A DNA stretch of 64,000 nt. It comes from Eledone cirrhosa (lineage: Eukaryota). This document shows positions 14,034-28,439 of the stretch, in pieces; positions within the stretch are counted from its first letter, which is position 1, and each line of letters starts with the position of its first letter. Both the position numbers and the translations under genes were made by a program. Under the pieces are notes generated by a model. The model was not told where the DNA came from. It worked only from the letters and a program-made list of their open reading frames with translations, and did not search any database. The stretch is from contig OZ024750.1 of the NCBI GenBank assembly GCA_964016885.1, forward strand, positions 20,150,001-20,214,000. Direction: 5' to 3'.

Positions 14034-14065
14034 GTATTTATATATATATATATATATATACATAC

Positions 14066-14132
<67 letters not shown>

Positions 14133-14972
14133 TTTATATATATGTATAATGCATATACACATACATGTACACACCCGTATATAAATATATATATATATGT
14201 CTGTGTGTGTGTGTGTTCATAAACACGTACACGTACAATCAGTCTACCATTTTTTTTAGAAGTTGTTAGAAATTAAATATAACTGTTAATACATAGAACG
14301 CAGATTCATCGAGGTATTTATTCAAGTGTTTTTTTTTTCGATTTACACATTTTGTTTCTGCCTGTCTTTGCTTCCCTCACTTTACATACGTTTTACGTAA
14401 ATGTTGTACATGTATGTGAACACGTCTGAATACGTTAATTGATCTGCTGAAATGTACTAAAACATGATGTATATTTCAATAAATTTCTAATTAATATACA
14501 GATTTGAAAACAAATAAACCAAAAATTATGAAGTTTTCTCAAAACTAATTAACAAAATCATATTTGAAATGAAATAAAATATGTGATATGCCAAATGCTA
14601 AGATGGAAAAAACTTAAGAAGCCGTTCATATTATAGTAATTTGCGCTTTGTTTCAGAACAGCTATTTTTTTTTTTCATTATTTCTTAATTCAGGCATGTT
14701 TTCATGTTACACATGTTGAGAATTTATGTAATATGCTACTGAGGATTTTATAATTTGATATTTAGTTTATTAAGATTTTCGATTTTCAATTTCCCTCATC
14801 AAAATAAACTAGTTTTCATGAGATGTACAACCACTAATAATAGCAGTAGTCGTATTAGTCGTATTAGTATAAGAAGCAACAGCAGTAGCTGTTGGAATGG
14901 TAGTAGTAGTACTATTGAGTGTGTCGTTTTGCTTGGCCACAGTCAAAGCTTCTATTTTACTAAGCTTCCACT

Positions 14973-15030
<58 letters not shown>

Positions 15031-15092
15031 GATAGATTGAGAGATAGATAGATATATAGATAGATAGATAGATATATATAGAGAGAGATAAA

Positions 15093-15144
15093 GACATCTA
15101 CAGGACTAGAACTGTTTCAGTCGAATGAAGTCATCAGGAATGTC
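15093..15144 (-). ncRNA. Type I hammerhead-like motif, family C
   Basis: GACAUUC-CUGAUGA-(12 nt, weak stem II)-GAAA-CAG/uucuaguc/CUG-UA^GAUGUC; stem I has one bulge. Confidence 0.6.
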
Positions 15145-15239
15145 CTCTACCATGCATCTTCGCCTACAATATTATTTCATCATAATTAGCCAAATAGTGT
15201 GTGTGTATTAAAAGATATATAACGACCAAGTGGCTCTAT

Positions 15240-15560
15240 GATAATTTTCATGAGAGGATTAAGGCTAACAATCCAAGACTTCAGTGCTCTGTACACTACC
15301 AAGAGCTTAGAAAATCATATAACTATTATTTGCACAGAATCATCCAACTGGGTTGAAAAACATATAGACAAAAAAAGTATATTTACACTGCTACTAATTT
15401 TTTACAAGTCCTATATGGTACCATTTAATACAAGAAATATTGTCAAGATTTACTGTTGGTAAATATCGGGGAATGGTAAAGCCAAGAGCTGCATTGAAAT
15501 TCTAGCAAAATATCAATTCCTGAAGGAGGGGCCAGCCATTGCTCAGGCCATGTGGAGAAT
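15240..15560 (+). mobile_element. Degraded PLE-type RT fragment, inverted relative to the adjacent hammerhead
   Basis: TIQDFSALYT resembles the PLE DFSTLYT motif; ISIPEGGAS resembles GIPQG. Confidence 0.45.
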
Positions 15561-16930
15561 AAAAGTAAAATTATATATACACACAAATATTTGTATGTTT
15601 ATATGCATGTGTGAATATATAAATATTATATCTATATAGATATACATATATTTAATTCTTTACTGACATTCTAAGCTTCTTAATCGATATGTTATGCAGA
15701 TTAACATTTATTTATTTGATGTAGAAAGTACATCTTTACCTCACACAAATACATCAGTTTACAGTACAGTTGACTGAACTATATTCTTGTTTATTGGTGA
15801 CGTATTATGACTTCTGTAATTAAGTTGTTTCTTAAATCATCGAATCCTTATAAAGAATTAGAAACCTGTTCACGCCCAATTTATCTCAAATATTTATAAT
15901 TAAACCTCTTGTATATTTCAACATAAGCAAAACTATTAAACACTAAGATCATATTTCCACTGCGTTGAACTTGCGATCAATACTCTATCTAAAATATTTC
16001 GAGTTGAAAACCCTTCAAAACAAAGTCTCATGTGAATGTTTCCGTTGTTTCACGAGCACAACTAACTCCCTAGCTATTGTGTCATGATAATATGAATCCA
16101 TTATACTTTGCAATCTGATACGTGTTTGGAAGGAAATCATATGAAATAAAGATTCGAGGGACATCAATAGTTCTGTTATGGCTTGGCAAAATCCCTCCTA
16201 CTGATGACACAATACAATGCACTGGGTACGTCCTGGAAGACCTACGAATTACAGACAGTCTGTTAAAAGGATAGCGCCCTATGTGTGTAAAGACTTGGAC
16301 AGTGGCAACACGCCAAACACATATCAGCATGGAAATGTGCATGTTAAATAATAATGATTATGGAAGTGACACTGAAACCACACCCACATATATATTGTTT
16401 ATAAATTTTGATATTGATATTTTCCCTTGTAGCTGGCGTTATAGAATGTAACCTTGCCTGTGGTGCCAGATAGACTGGGGCTGGCGCTGTGTATGAAGTG
16501 ACATCAGCCATCATATTTTTAGCTGAAATATAAACAGGACTATTTTGGCTCTCTATGGCATATGCAAGCAAATAACAATGAGAGAACATATATATAATAA
16601 TATATGTTGGTTCTGTACTTAACTTACAGCACTCGTGATCCTTTATCTATTCTACGGAAACCATTGACATTATATATGTATATGTATATATATGCACACA
16701 CATATGTGTGTGTGTGCGTGTGTGTGTGCTTGTGTGCTTGTGTGCTTGTGTGAGAGTTGCTTTCTCATCTCGTCTCTGACTCCACGGGACAGCACCTTGC
16801 CTTGTGTTAGACGTTGTGATTCTGGGTGAATCAACAGTGACATAAGTAGGGATCGATACTGCCAAAGACCGTGCAGTCCATTGCTTTGTTTTCGTTCGGT
16901 GTCTTGTTCTCTCCGTTGATTTCCCTAAGT

Positions 16931-17240
<310 letters not shown>

Positions 17241-17392
17241 ATATACATATATATCTATATCTATATCCAAAATTAAGATGAATCAAAATGAATTTAATCT
17301 AAGTCAAAATTATGGGTGTCATGCCACAAGGCATGCGCCATATCAACCGTAAAATAGACTCCAAGATTCTAATAAATAGGTCCGATCATTTT

Positions 17393-17746
17393 ATAACAAC
17401 TAGGAATTGATTAACATATAAATAAAGATATGAAACTATCACAGGGGATAATTTTTACAAGTGTGTAAGCACACACATATAGGTAGGTAACTAAATAAAG
17501 TTAACTAGAACTTCAAAATAGATACCTAAAAATATGATTAATCTTCGCTGTATATATTCCATTTAGAAATATATTTCACCAATTAATCGAATGGTAAAAC
17601 ACAGATGCCGATGCTTGGATTTTTGAAGTTCTAGTTAACTTTATTTAGTTACCTACCTAGCTGTGTGTGCTTACACATTTGTAAAAATTATCCCTTGTGA
17701 TTGTTTCATATCTTTATTTATATGTTAATCAATTTCTAGTTGTCAT
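17393..17746. repeat. Inverted repeat, arms about 126 bp (17393-17518 / 17621-17746), spacer about 100 bp
   Basis: Arms are reverse complements with few mismatches (taggtaggtaactaaataaagttaactagaacttcaaaa / ttttgaagttctagttaactttatttagttacctaccta). Confidence 0.95.
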
Positions 17747-17782
17747 ATATTTATATATGGAATATAGAGAAGTGACAATGAT

Positions 17783-17800
17783 GTACAATAAATAATAAGT

Positions 17801-17838
<38 letters not shown>

Positions 17839-17865
17839 ACTTGTATGTTACTTCTCTACATTCCA

Positions 17866-17912
<47 letters not shown>

Positions 17913-18218
17913 ATATTAAATAAATGGAAACTATATTTATAAAACCATATTTATTTCATTATATATATTTCGGGGATATCATATTAACAATATGCTATGC
18001 CTTCCTCAGACAAAATACAATATAAACAGTGTTATAGATAAATAGATTCGACATACCGTAACAACACCGACTTGCATTTGGAGAGGTTGAGCTGGCAGTC
18101 AAGATATAGTTTCCATTTATTTAATATTGTAAATATACTACAAATATTTGTCGAGTGCTTTTATATCAGTTATAAATATTTACTAGTTGTAACCCAACAA
18201 TTTTAAATATAACTTTCC

Positions 18219-18252
<34 letters not shown>

Positions 18253-18317
18253 TGGAATGTAGAGAAGTAACACACAAGTTGATATATATATATATCAACT
18301 TATTATTTATTGTACAC
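17783..18317. repeat. Nested inverted repeats interleaved with (TA)n (approx. 17783-17880 / 18240-18317 and 17909-17936 / 18104-18130)
   Basis: tgtacaataaataataagttgatata / tatatcaacttattatttattgtaca; caatattaaataaatggaaactatat / atatagtttccatttatttaatattg. Confidence 0.9.
17952..18017 (-). ncRNA. Type I hammerhead ribozyme motif, family E
   Basis: Stem I UAUUUUGU/AUGAAAUA (8 bp with 2 G-U), CUGAGGA, stem II with CAUAUU/AAUAUG and a partly mismatched base, GAAA, palindromic UAUAUA, UA^. Confidence 0.7.
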
Positions 18318-19372
18318 CTTTGTCTACCTTCTTAATCATGTAGAAGTATTGTGTTTATTAAATCAATTACGCTATCAATCGCAACACATTTGTTATTATT
18401 TTAACAATTGTCTAACTCTATTGATTGGGAATTCATTCCCTTATTAAATTGTGAATTAATTGTAAGATATTAGTCAATACAATATTTTTTTTAAAATGAG
18501 TGTGTTACTTACAAATGAAATGCATCAATCATTTGAGATTACAGACGTAATTTAATATAAACAATATATGAATTCTCTTGCTAATTGACATTAAGTATGT
18601 TCAAATTAACGTATATTGCTCAGTAAAATTAAAAGCATTCATAAATAGTAACAATAATATGTTTTCCACACTGGCACCCATGGATACTATACCTCTATAA
18701 GTATCTATAAGAGAAAAAGGGGGATGAAGCAAATGACAAATGCAAACGAAGGGAGAGCAAAAAATAAATTGAAAATCCTGAGCCATGGAAGGGACAAAAA
18801 CAATTGGGTGTCTCTCAGCTGCAGCCCGGGAAGATGGCATAATTGCCAGGGTATGCCCACTGAATCAAACGTTTCACCTCACATGGGCCTATGCTGTCGA
18901 GAACCCTCAGCGATACATGTGGCTCGTAATTATTTGTATTAGGAAAGACCGGTCGCTTTAATTTAGTGATGCGCTTAAAATAACATACGTTATAAATCTC
19001 TAATACTTTCATACATAGACGTATATTCAGAGCGCATGCTAAATGGCTGACAACCACATCTGAGAATGTTCTCCTCCCTATGTTCGATAGAGGCATAAGG
19101 AATAATGGGAAGACACACAGTGATAAAAGGACAAACAAACAAACACACGCACACGCGTACAAACACACACACACATATATATATATATAAATACATATAT
19201 GTGTGTGCGTGTGTGTGTGGAAGTGTATGTGTGTGTGTGTTATTAATTGAGATAGGTAAGATTATTATTCATATGTGTAATCCATATTTATTAAAGGTAG
19301 AAGGTAGCTATTGTTAAATGTTTGTTTTCAGCTTGACGGAAAGGGACATTTATCATATGAATGTATATATAA

Positions 19373-20009
<637 letters not shown>

Positions 20010-20010
<1 letters not shown>

Positions 20011-20101
20011 CTCCGGAGTAACCAAACCAACCTGCGCACTTCGTCGAGTGCTCCAGCCTGCATTCTGAGGTGTTGGTATACAACCAACATAAACTCAAAA
20101 T
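20010..20101 (+). mobile_element. 92-bp structured unit inside (TA)n; second copy at 53271-53362
   Basis: Near-identical to 53271-53362, with the same ends. Confidence 0.85.
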
Positions 20102-20148
20102 ATATATATATATATATAAATATAAACATACATATCAATATATATATA

Positions 20149-20183
<35 letters not shown>

Positions 20184-20193
20184 CTACATGCAT

Positions 20194-20225
<32 letters not shown>

Positions 20226-20331
20226 CAACGTGTGTATGTGTGTGTGTGAGATTATGTATATATTTAAGTGTATAAATGTTGAAACAACAATAATCTGCGT
20301 CACATACTTTCGTGTGCTTCGTTGCCAAATA

Positions 20332-20416
<85 letters not shown>

Positions 20417-21207
20417 ATGGTCCGTAATGATTCAATAGACACAATAGGTGAAAGTGATAGTGGGGTGGATAGCAACTGTGTATACAAGGAGAAAATTATC
20501 ATGCACAGTAATTTTATGAATGGTTTACTCGTAAATGTAGTTTGTCAGTATAATAAATTCATCTTTAATTCATTTGGATTGATTGTATTAGCATCACATC
20601 AAGTTATGATATTCTCCAAACATTAAACCATTAACTCTCTCTTGTAAAATTTCATGTGGCAATATTTTAATTAAACAATGATTAATGCTATATTAAATAT
20701 GGCCATTGTGTATTTATGGTTACACTCTTAATTGCTTTTCAGTTTCAGAAGAGATGAATCTTATGAATTAGTTGAATCAATTCGTTATTACAATAGAAAC
20801 GTTGGTAGTTGGAGCAGTGCTGTTCAGTAACTCATATGTTCTAATACTAGATAATGAAAGTATAGTTCATACATTATTAACGGAATAATGTTATTTGCAA
20901 ACTCTTACATTATTGGTTTGACTCGGCGTAGAATATGACACTAACTGCTAGTTTATTCGTAGGGACACCATAATGGTTTTAATCCCTGGACATTTTATGT
21001 CAGAGAAAGAGATATAAAATGATGTTCGGTGACCATACAGGAGTTGTACTTCAATTATCGACCTCAAAATGATGATCAAGTATTTAATCTCAGTGGAAAT
21101 TCAGTAAAGAGCGCAGAAAGCCGAAATGAATACGCAATCATTGTATTCTACGTACTACTGACACTGCCATTGCGCTGCTCAGTTTACTTTAGGATCGTAT
21201 TTAATAA

Positions 21208-21417
21208 AGATTTCTAGTATAGGCACAGGGGCAGTAATTTGGGGGGAGGGAAAAGTCGATTAAATCGACCCCAGTACGTTACTGTTACTTTATTTTATCG
21301 ACCGCGTAAGGATGAAAGGCAAAGTAACCTCGGGGGTTATGAACTCAGACCGTAAAGGACCGTAACTCTATGCTGCTAATCATGGTGTCCGACTCTACCG
21401 ATACTGCCAAACCACCG
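21208..21417 (-). mobile_element. SINE family 1, long variant
   Basis: Core, B box, A box and the gtcgattaaatcgac insert. Confidence 0.9.
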
Positions 21418-21809
21418 TCCTGCAGCATCGTATCTAATAATACTACATGTTGATGTATGTTAGATAATACTTTCAGTTACTGTGTCTGGCGTCAAGTTGT
21501 GTTTTCATTTTATGTTACTTCTGATATGTCTTTTGTTCTGAAATCCCCCAAGAAAATTATTATATGTGTCTTCGTAGGATACCAGCTAATCTTACATAGC
21601 TGCAAACTATAACACTAAAATGATAGGACCGGATCTTCTCGCGTTAAAATGTTTAAGAAATATTCTATGTCGTGCATTCTGTTAGGGGATCATGTAATTC
21701 TACATTGGTGTGATATACAACAACAACAACAACAACAACAACAACAGGATAGGAATGGAGCACCTAAGCTAAGTGATGCAAGGTAATTTAACTATGTATT
21801 GCGGAAAAG

Positions 21810-22017
21810 AGTTTCAAATTGAGACAAAGAGCCGCAGTTTTCGACTGGGGAATTATCGATTATAATGACCGAATGGTTCACTGTCACAATATTTTATCGG
21901 TCACGGAATGATGAAAGGCAAAGTTGACGATTGCAGAATGTGAACTCAGAAGTAGAGTCGTAACTAAACCAGCTTAGAATTTTTGACCGACGTTCTAATG
22001 ATTGTATCAAACCACCG
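21810..22017 (-). mobile_element. Older diverged SINE family 1 copy
   Basis: ttttatcgg...gatgaaaggcaaagttgac...tgaactcaga. Confidence 0.7.
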
Positions 22018-22035
22018 ACATACTAATATCTCTAA

Positions 22036-22197
22036 ATAATTATTTCTACTTTTGGCACAATGCCAGCAAGTATCTCAATGGATTACTGGTACTTTATTTT
22101 ATCGACCCCGTAAGGATGAAAGGCAAAGTTAATCTCGCTCGATGGGATTTGAACTCAGATCATAAAGGGCCGTAACTGTATGCTGCAAAGCATGGCT
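22036..22197 (-). mobile_element. SINE family 1, 5'-truncated
   Basis: Core, B box and tail. Confidence 0.88.
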
Positions 22198-24679
22198 ACT
22201 ATGTTTGTTCATAGTCATGAGTTCCTGTTTACAACGTCACCGTTGTTGTCGCAGGTGTAGCAGTGGATACATAATCTAAATGCAAATAGCAATACATACA
22301 GTCACCCCAACGAATTCCTGCTGACTGCTAAACCGTCGACCCCCCCGATTCTCTTTCATTTTCTCTCTATTTTACTCTTATATTTCCTCTTTCACTCCTT
22401 CCAATTATGCTGTTTATACCTGCATCAAATACCATCTATAGAAATTCCATTGACCAGCTTTCCAGTTCGTTACAATTCTTTACAATTTGTTATTTCTCTG
22501 ATATCAAAATAGAAATTTGCTGACTCCATCTACCCACTCTTGTTTCACACCAATCTGCCATAACCCAATAAAATAAAACGAGCATGGGACATATGTTAAC
22601 AGTTTGGATGGGACCAACCATGTAAGCTCGCATGTCTAAAGAGGCGTCGATTAAGAGCAGGGATTTGATCGCCTGATCAAACCCGAGCAGATCGATATCA
22701 AAACTGTTGTAATATGCCAACATCTATATATATATTCTGAATAATGGCCTTCGTTTAACCGAGCGCATAGTTGAAGTCATAAACCCAAGGTTCCGCGCTA
22801 AGGGACTGAACATAGTACCATATTGTTGCGAAGCGATACTTTAATCACATGGTTTCTCGGGTGTCTTGATTGTTGTTTTATTCCCATTTAAAATGTTACA
22901 CTATTTAAATTGAATTTGATTCTTCGTGATTGTCTTATATCGTGTGATGTGAGTGGATGCGTGTTATTTTTCTGAAGATTCTTCAATTCTGTTTTATTCT
23001 TTGGGAATTATTTAAATGAGAAAAGTATAATTTTATGATAAAGCAAATCGATTCCGACGATTAGTGTTCTAGTTATTCAGTCAGTGGAGAGCCTGATAGT
23101 GAAATTAATGTGTACATTTCTGAGCATTTCATAGAATTGTATACGTTTCACGAAATCATCACATAGATTCAGTTAGCAGTTTCTAATTAAGCTGTCCAGT
23201 TACTGAATTTCTAATACAGGCAGACGGTTTTCAATACAATCCCCTCAAACCTAAATTTGCTCACATGGCATGACGTCACACGTGGCTATGGAAAATGTCT
23301 CTCTTGCCCGAGATGCTATAATGTAGGATCGAACCCAAAACATAATGACATTCAACACTCACCCATGGTGAGACAGTATATAGAAATGTAACTGTTTAAC
23401 GTTGTAAGTATTCCAAAAGCGACATTTAATGCCTTGAGGTGATGACGTTCTCTTTCCCATCATTATTTCCCAGATTTCGATCCTTTTGTTGGGCAATATA
23501 GGCAACTGTCATATAACATTGCATTGGGTCGTGAATTTGGGGAGGGGAAAACTTTTCGGAAGTCCGTCAAACGGTTTATGCCTGTACTTCATTGTGTTAC
23601 GCTGAATCTTTATTGATCATCAAGAACATTCTTCGTTGAAACCGACGGAGATTCCTTCCCTTTTTGCTTCTCTTTGTAACAATGTTATATAGTAATTCTA
23701 TACACACACATATATATATATACATGTTATCTACAACGGAAATGTGTTGACAGAAATGTCGTTTTTATCTGGGGAAATATATTCACTCTTAGGTTGTTAA
23801 TCCATGCATGCTTAATTGAAATTGTAATACAGACAAATTTCTCTTGAGGCAATATGTTCCATTTACATACTCACATATATACTATTGAGAAACCTAATTT
23901 GTAGAAAGTCAGGAATTTTAATGTAGAAACCTTTGCATAGCTAAATGGTATTTGTCTTGTCGTTTACTATTTCGTATGTTTTAGTTTCTTTTCATTTCTT
24001 AATATTTTCTTTGATATTTTCCATCTAACTGAAAGGTAAAATGTTTAACGGCATTCCATTTTACATATTGACGTAGTTTTTACATAATCAGCAAAAGGAT
24101 TTTAAAAACACTATAACATTTTCAAATCTTTTTTTTATGAATAACATCGGAAGATTATTGATATTTTGCTTTGAATACAGGGCGAACAATATAAATGTGA
24201 ACTATTATACAACTTCATATTTGTATTTCTTGATCAAAGTCAACGAAATTATTAGTTACTGAAGCTATAGATCTAAAGTATATATTTATATTATATTCTT
24301 GGTAAATTATTTTTTGCAAATTTTTGTTTCAAATATCTATTATGAATTGATCTATCATTCTCACCCTAGTAACGCAATATGACATTGTTGGGGTGAATGC
24401 ACTAAAAGTGTATGATAAGTAAGATAATATATATACTTATACCGATGAATAACTTTATTTGTTTGATATATCGTCTTGATATATATATGATATAAATTTT
24501 GAACTTAATGACTCACACCGTTTATCTTTCAGATTAGTCTATTTCGTATGAGTGCATTTATCATTATAAAGTGAAACAACTTGGTGAAATAGAAAAACCA
24601 AATACCCCAGAAACCTTTGAAAAAAAGGAAACGATACTTACAATAGAGAAAAAAGTATGCAGTTTCCTGTTTAGGCTTT

Positions 24680-24895
24680 TGAGATTACGGTGGTCGTAAT
24701 GTTTAGGGTTGGATTCCTGGACTGGATGGATATCTTCGGGTAAAACTATTTTCAACGTCAATTCAGCTTAACATTAATTCCAGCGTTAACAGCAAACGTC
24801 AGTTAAATCTGCTATGAATTGACATCCTGTCCAGAGTCATGTTTGTTCTCCCGGTCTCTTAACCCTAATGTAACCGGGAGCAGTTCCGCCCTGAT
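24680..24895 (+). mobile_element. Degraded tRNA-derived SINE, family 2
   Basis: B-box-like ggttggattcc followed by a ttcgggtaaaactatttt segment resembling the 47470-47592 copy. Confidence 0.45.
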
Positions 24896-26334
24896 GTACA
24901 TTTCATTTAACCTTTTTTTTTATCAAGCAGCTGCAGCTGGTACATGAGTTTTGTACACTGGACTGGAGAAAAGTCAACGCAACACCTTGTCAGCAAAGTG
25001 AATTCACAGCTAATGCCGTAGGCTCTCCATCTATCAATTTATAAAGCCATAATTAAAATTCAACCTCATTTCCCACAGTGATCGTGCATGCTATTCAAAA
25101 TTCTATAGTTAGGAACAGTTCAGCTTTATACATTCTATTTTACGATTATTATTATTTTCTATCTATTGTGATTTTTCGAACATAGCTTGTGTTTTATTTT
25201 TCGTTTTGTGTCTTCAGAATTCTGTCTCTGTTCAACTGCTGTAATCTTCATTCTGAATAGGTCTCTTAATTTGCATATGTCAAAAATAGGAAAGGAGCCT
25301 TTATATTTTTCTTCTTCCGATCTATTTAAACAAGTCTTGCAAAGGTGAATACAAATGACCATATTTTATATTCAGAATGTTTTTCATACCTAATTTTTTT
25401 AATGTACATTATTCACGAAACAAAACAATTTCCTCAAGTGAATTTTAAACATCCTCTCCTCATTGCATTTGAAGTAAGAACATTATGCGTCATACTAAAT
25501 ATAATACGGAGGAGTATCTCACGCAACATGCTTATATTATCGGAAGACTGTGTGAACTACCACAAATCACAGTCAAAATATTGAAATAGCACTATGGCAC
25601 AATATTATAATAGTTTGTCAATTAACTGGTGACTGGAAGTCTAGTTGCCTGTTTAATCGTTAGCGTTTTTTTTATATAACAACGTAAACGAGAATTGCTA
25701 TATGAATTTTAATCGATACACTAGCTATATGGGGAGAAAAGACATAAATAGGGCATACTGGTGATCGGAAACGTGTTCACATCTTAACTGTTCAGAAACA
25801 GGAGAATATTCATTATGTTTCCAAGCAACCATTACGTACACACGCACTGCATGTTTTAATTAAAATGCGAAGCTCTATGATTTTTAGAGGCATTTTCAAT
25901 TGCTGAATTTGCTTACAAGCAGATTTACGTATGTATATAGCCTGAGATTTACATCGGACATTTAAAACCCTCTAGAAAGGGTTTCATTATATATGGCTAA
26001 CCTGCTTTTCTAAAAGTGCATCCTATTTCTGCGTGTCATAAGAAAGGACTACAAGATTTTTGTCAGGTAAGAAATACATCTAGCCCTATCACATGACCAG
26101 GTAAAGCATTTCATGAGATTCAAGCTTGTCATAATTTCTTCACGCGTGAAGATAACCTTAAGGCGCTTGTCTAGCTATCCAGGAATTAATCTACAAATGT
26201 CAAAACAATTTTGTAAAGTTGGTTATAATATAATCCATGAGGTTATGTACCAACAATCTGACTTATTTGGAGATATGTATTGAGATCTCTCTAATATACT
26301 TAATAATGTTAGATTATTTTTAAGCACAATTATT

Positions 26335-26655
26335 GTGCATGCCCATAGTTTCGTTGGTAGGCTTACTATCGTAAGGTCATGTGCTCGATTCCCAGCGTCA
26401 CGCAGTGTCCTAGAGCATACCATTCTATTACACATTCCTCTTCTCTACTGAGTTCGCGCAAATATGAGTTGTAAATGTAATTCAAAATCGGCACCTTGTC
26501 ATATCCCAGGATATGCTGAATAGCGTTGAGAAATAAATGATGGGTCTCAATATCTACGGAACGCTTAGATATCTGAAATGTAATTTCATGAGCAAACTGT
26601 TCTGTCGATCAATTCAGCTAGAGAATCTAACTCTTAGAACTGGCCGATGTCTGAC
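26335..26655 (+). mobile_element. Degraded SINE family 2
   Basis: gctcgattccc B-box-like motif, gtgtcctagagcatac, and a body similar to 29335-29640. Confidence 0.55.
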
Positions 26656-27356
26656 AAAACGCGTCATTATATTTACAAGCCTATATTTAGTTTGGCATTG
26701 AGCTATTTGTTATCTTGTAAGATGTGTATTAAGTTTTCGTAACGCAAGATTGTTTTAGAATTAGCAACGGTATATTTTGCCTTAGGTTTCATGATAATCA
26801 GGAACTATTTTTATTGGGATAAATCTTTAGCGTATATTTTGTGTGTATATATATATAACGTTTCTGTTTTGGGTTTGCATATGTGATTATTTGTGTCCTT
26901 CTGTTGTTGATTTCCGTCAGGGCTAGGAGATATTTCTGCAATATATTTCTTTCCACGTTGTGTCAAATAGTGAATATATGATGTTGTAATAAATGATGTA
27001 TATGCACATAACTTACACTTTATGGTACGGTTAGGGGATTTCTAATGTATTAAATGATCTTTGCTCGAGATATTTATTCGGTTACTTATGAAAAAAAAGA
27101 GTAAATTAGTAGAATCATTCATTCATCGAATTAAATGTCTCTGCGCTATTAGGTCACATTTCAATAGGGTTAAGAGTGGAACCAATCTAGGGGCGGTTAA
27201 TACGCATAATCGTTAAAACGTAGGACGAGATGTTTTGCCAAAACACCAGCGACTAACACCGTCTGGCAGTGGCCAACAGAAGCAAGGTAGGGGCAATCGT
27301 GGATGCGCCTTTCGTACCGAACTCGTTCTTATCAGTACGAGCCCAAATGCATACTC

Positions 27357-27439
<83 letters not shown>

Positions 27440-27441
<2 letters not shown>

Positions 27442-27582
27442 AAGAAGAAATTTAAACATGGTTAAAAGAGTTCCATATATTTTATTATGCGTATTTCGAA
27501 TACAAAATCATCCTGGGACAGAACTTGTGTTCTCATCAGATAAAATAAAGTAACATGATATGAGGCATAATAGCACTTGTTT
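27440..27582 (-). mobile_element. Hammerhead-bearing terminus, family B, joined to (TA)n
   Basis: Homologous to 38292-38430 and 49560-49700 (atggttaaa.gagttccat, tcatcagataaaa, aacatgatatga, cacttgt). Confidence 0.8.
27480..27545 (-). ncRNA. Type I hammerhead ribozyme motif, family B
   Basis: UUUUAU-CUGAUGA-GAACACAAG...UUUGUAUUC-GAAA-UACGCA-UA^AUAAAA: complete core, G-C closing stem II, 6-bp stem I. Confidence 0.85.
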
Positions 27583-27737
27583 ACAGGAAAGTGTTATGTA
27601 TACATATGATACTATAGTAAGAAATAGATAGAAAAGTAGAAGAAAAGGAAAGAAGAGAAGAAAAAGAAAAAAGAAAGAGAACAAAGGTAAAAAGAAGAAA
27701 AAAGGGAGAGAGAGTGTGTGTGTGAGAGAGAGAGAGA

Positions 27738-27780
<43 letters not shown>

Positions 27781-28375
27781 TGAGAGACTTTTGATCCGGA
27801 ACGCTGGCAAAATGAGAACAGCTGTAAATAACGGTTAAAAACTAAATTGATGAGGTGTATGTGCGAATATTATAGAAGGTATTCAAATATTAGAGGTCTA
27901 AATATATTATTTTATATTGAGTTTAAATAATGAAAATTGGATTAAGAAGTGTAAAAATGTATTAATGAAATAAAATAAAATAAAATAAATATAGAAAAAA
28001 GGTTTTATAAAATAAAATTAAAATAAAATAGTCTATCTATGTCAAAATTAATAATTTCTAGTAAAAATCTATATATGTGGGGCATACTATTTAATTTTTT
28101 ATAACAAGTAAATAAAGGAAGTTGCTAGAAAGATTTATAAACCTAGAAAAACATATGATCTCATAATTCTTTTACAAAATCTACGAAAGCATGAGCGAAA
28201 ATTTAAGGCTAGAGAAAAAAAAGATCAAAAGCATAATATATGACGAGAAAACCAAATTAATACATTGTAGAATGTAATGAAAGATGTGTAAAGATAATCG
28301 TGACTCGTGGAATAAGTTATAGGACATCGGCTTTATACTTTGTGAAAGGTCTTGTAGGATTTATGATTACAAATA

Positions 28376-28439
<64 letters not shown>

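Noticed and set aside
16200-16350. VKTWTV...MEMCML, an RTE-like peptide
   Set aside because: Too degraded to call with confidence
16458-16522. Minus-strand exon candidate (tttcag, KNMMADVTSYTAPAPVYLAPQ, GC donor)
   Set aside because: Non-canonical donor, no recognisable homology and no partner exons
19332-19362. Acceptor followed by [10 protein letters not shown] (EF-hand-like)
   Set aside because: Only 10 codons and a weak donor running into (TA)n; likely chance
26017-26072. Strong donor CAG/GTAAGA with a short open frame
   Set aside because: Poor acceptor and no recognisable product
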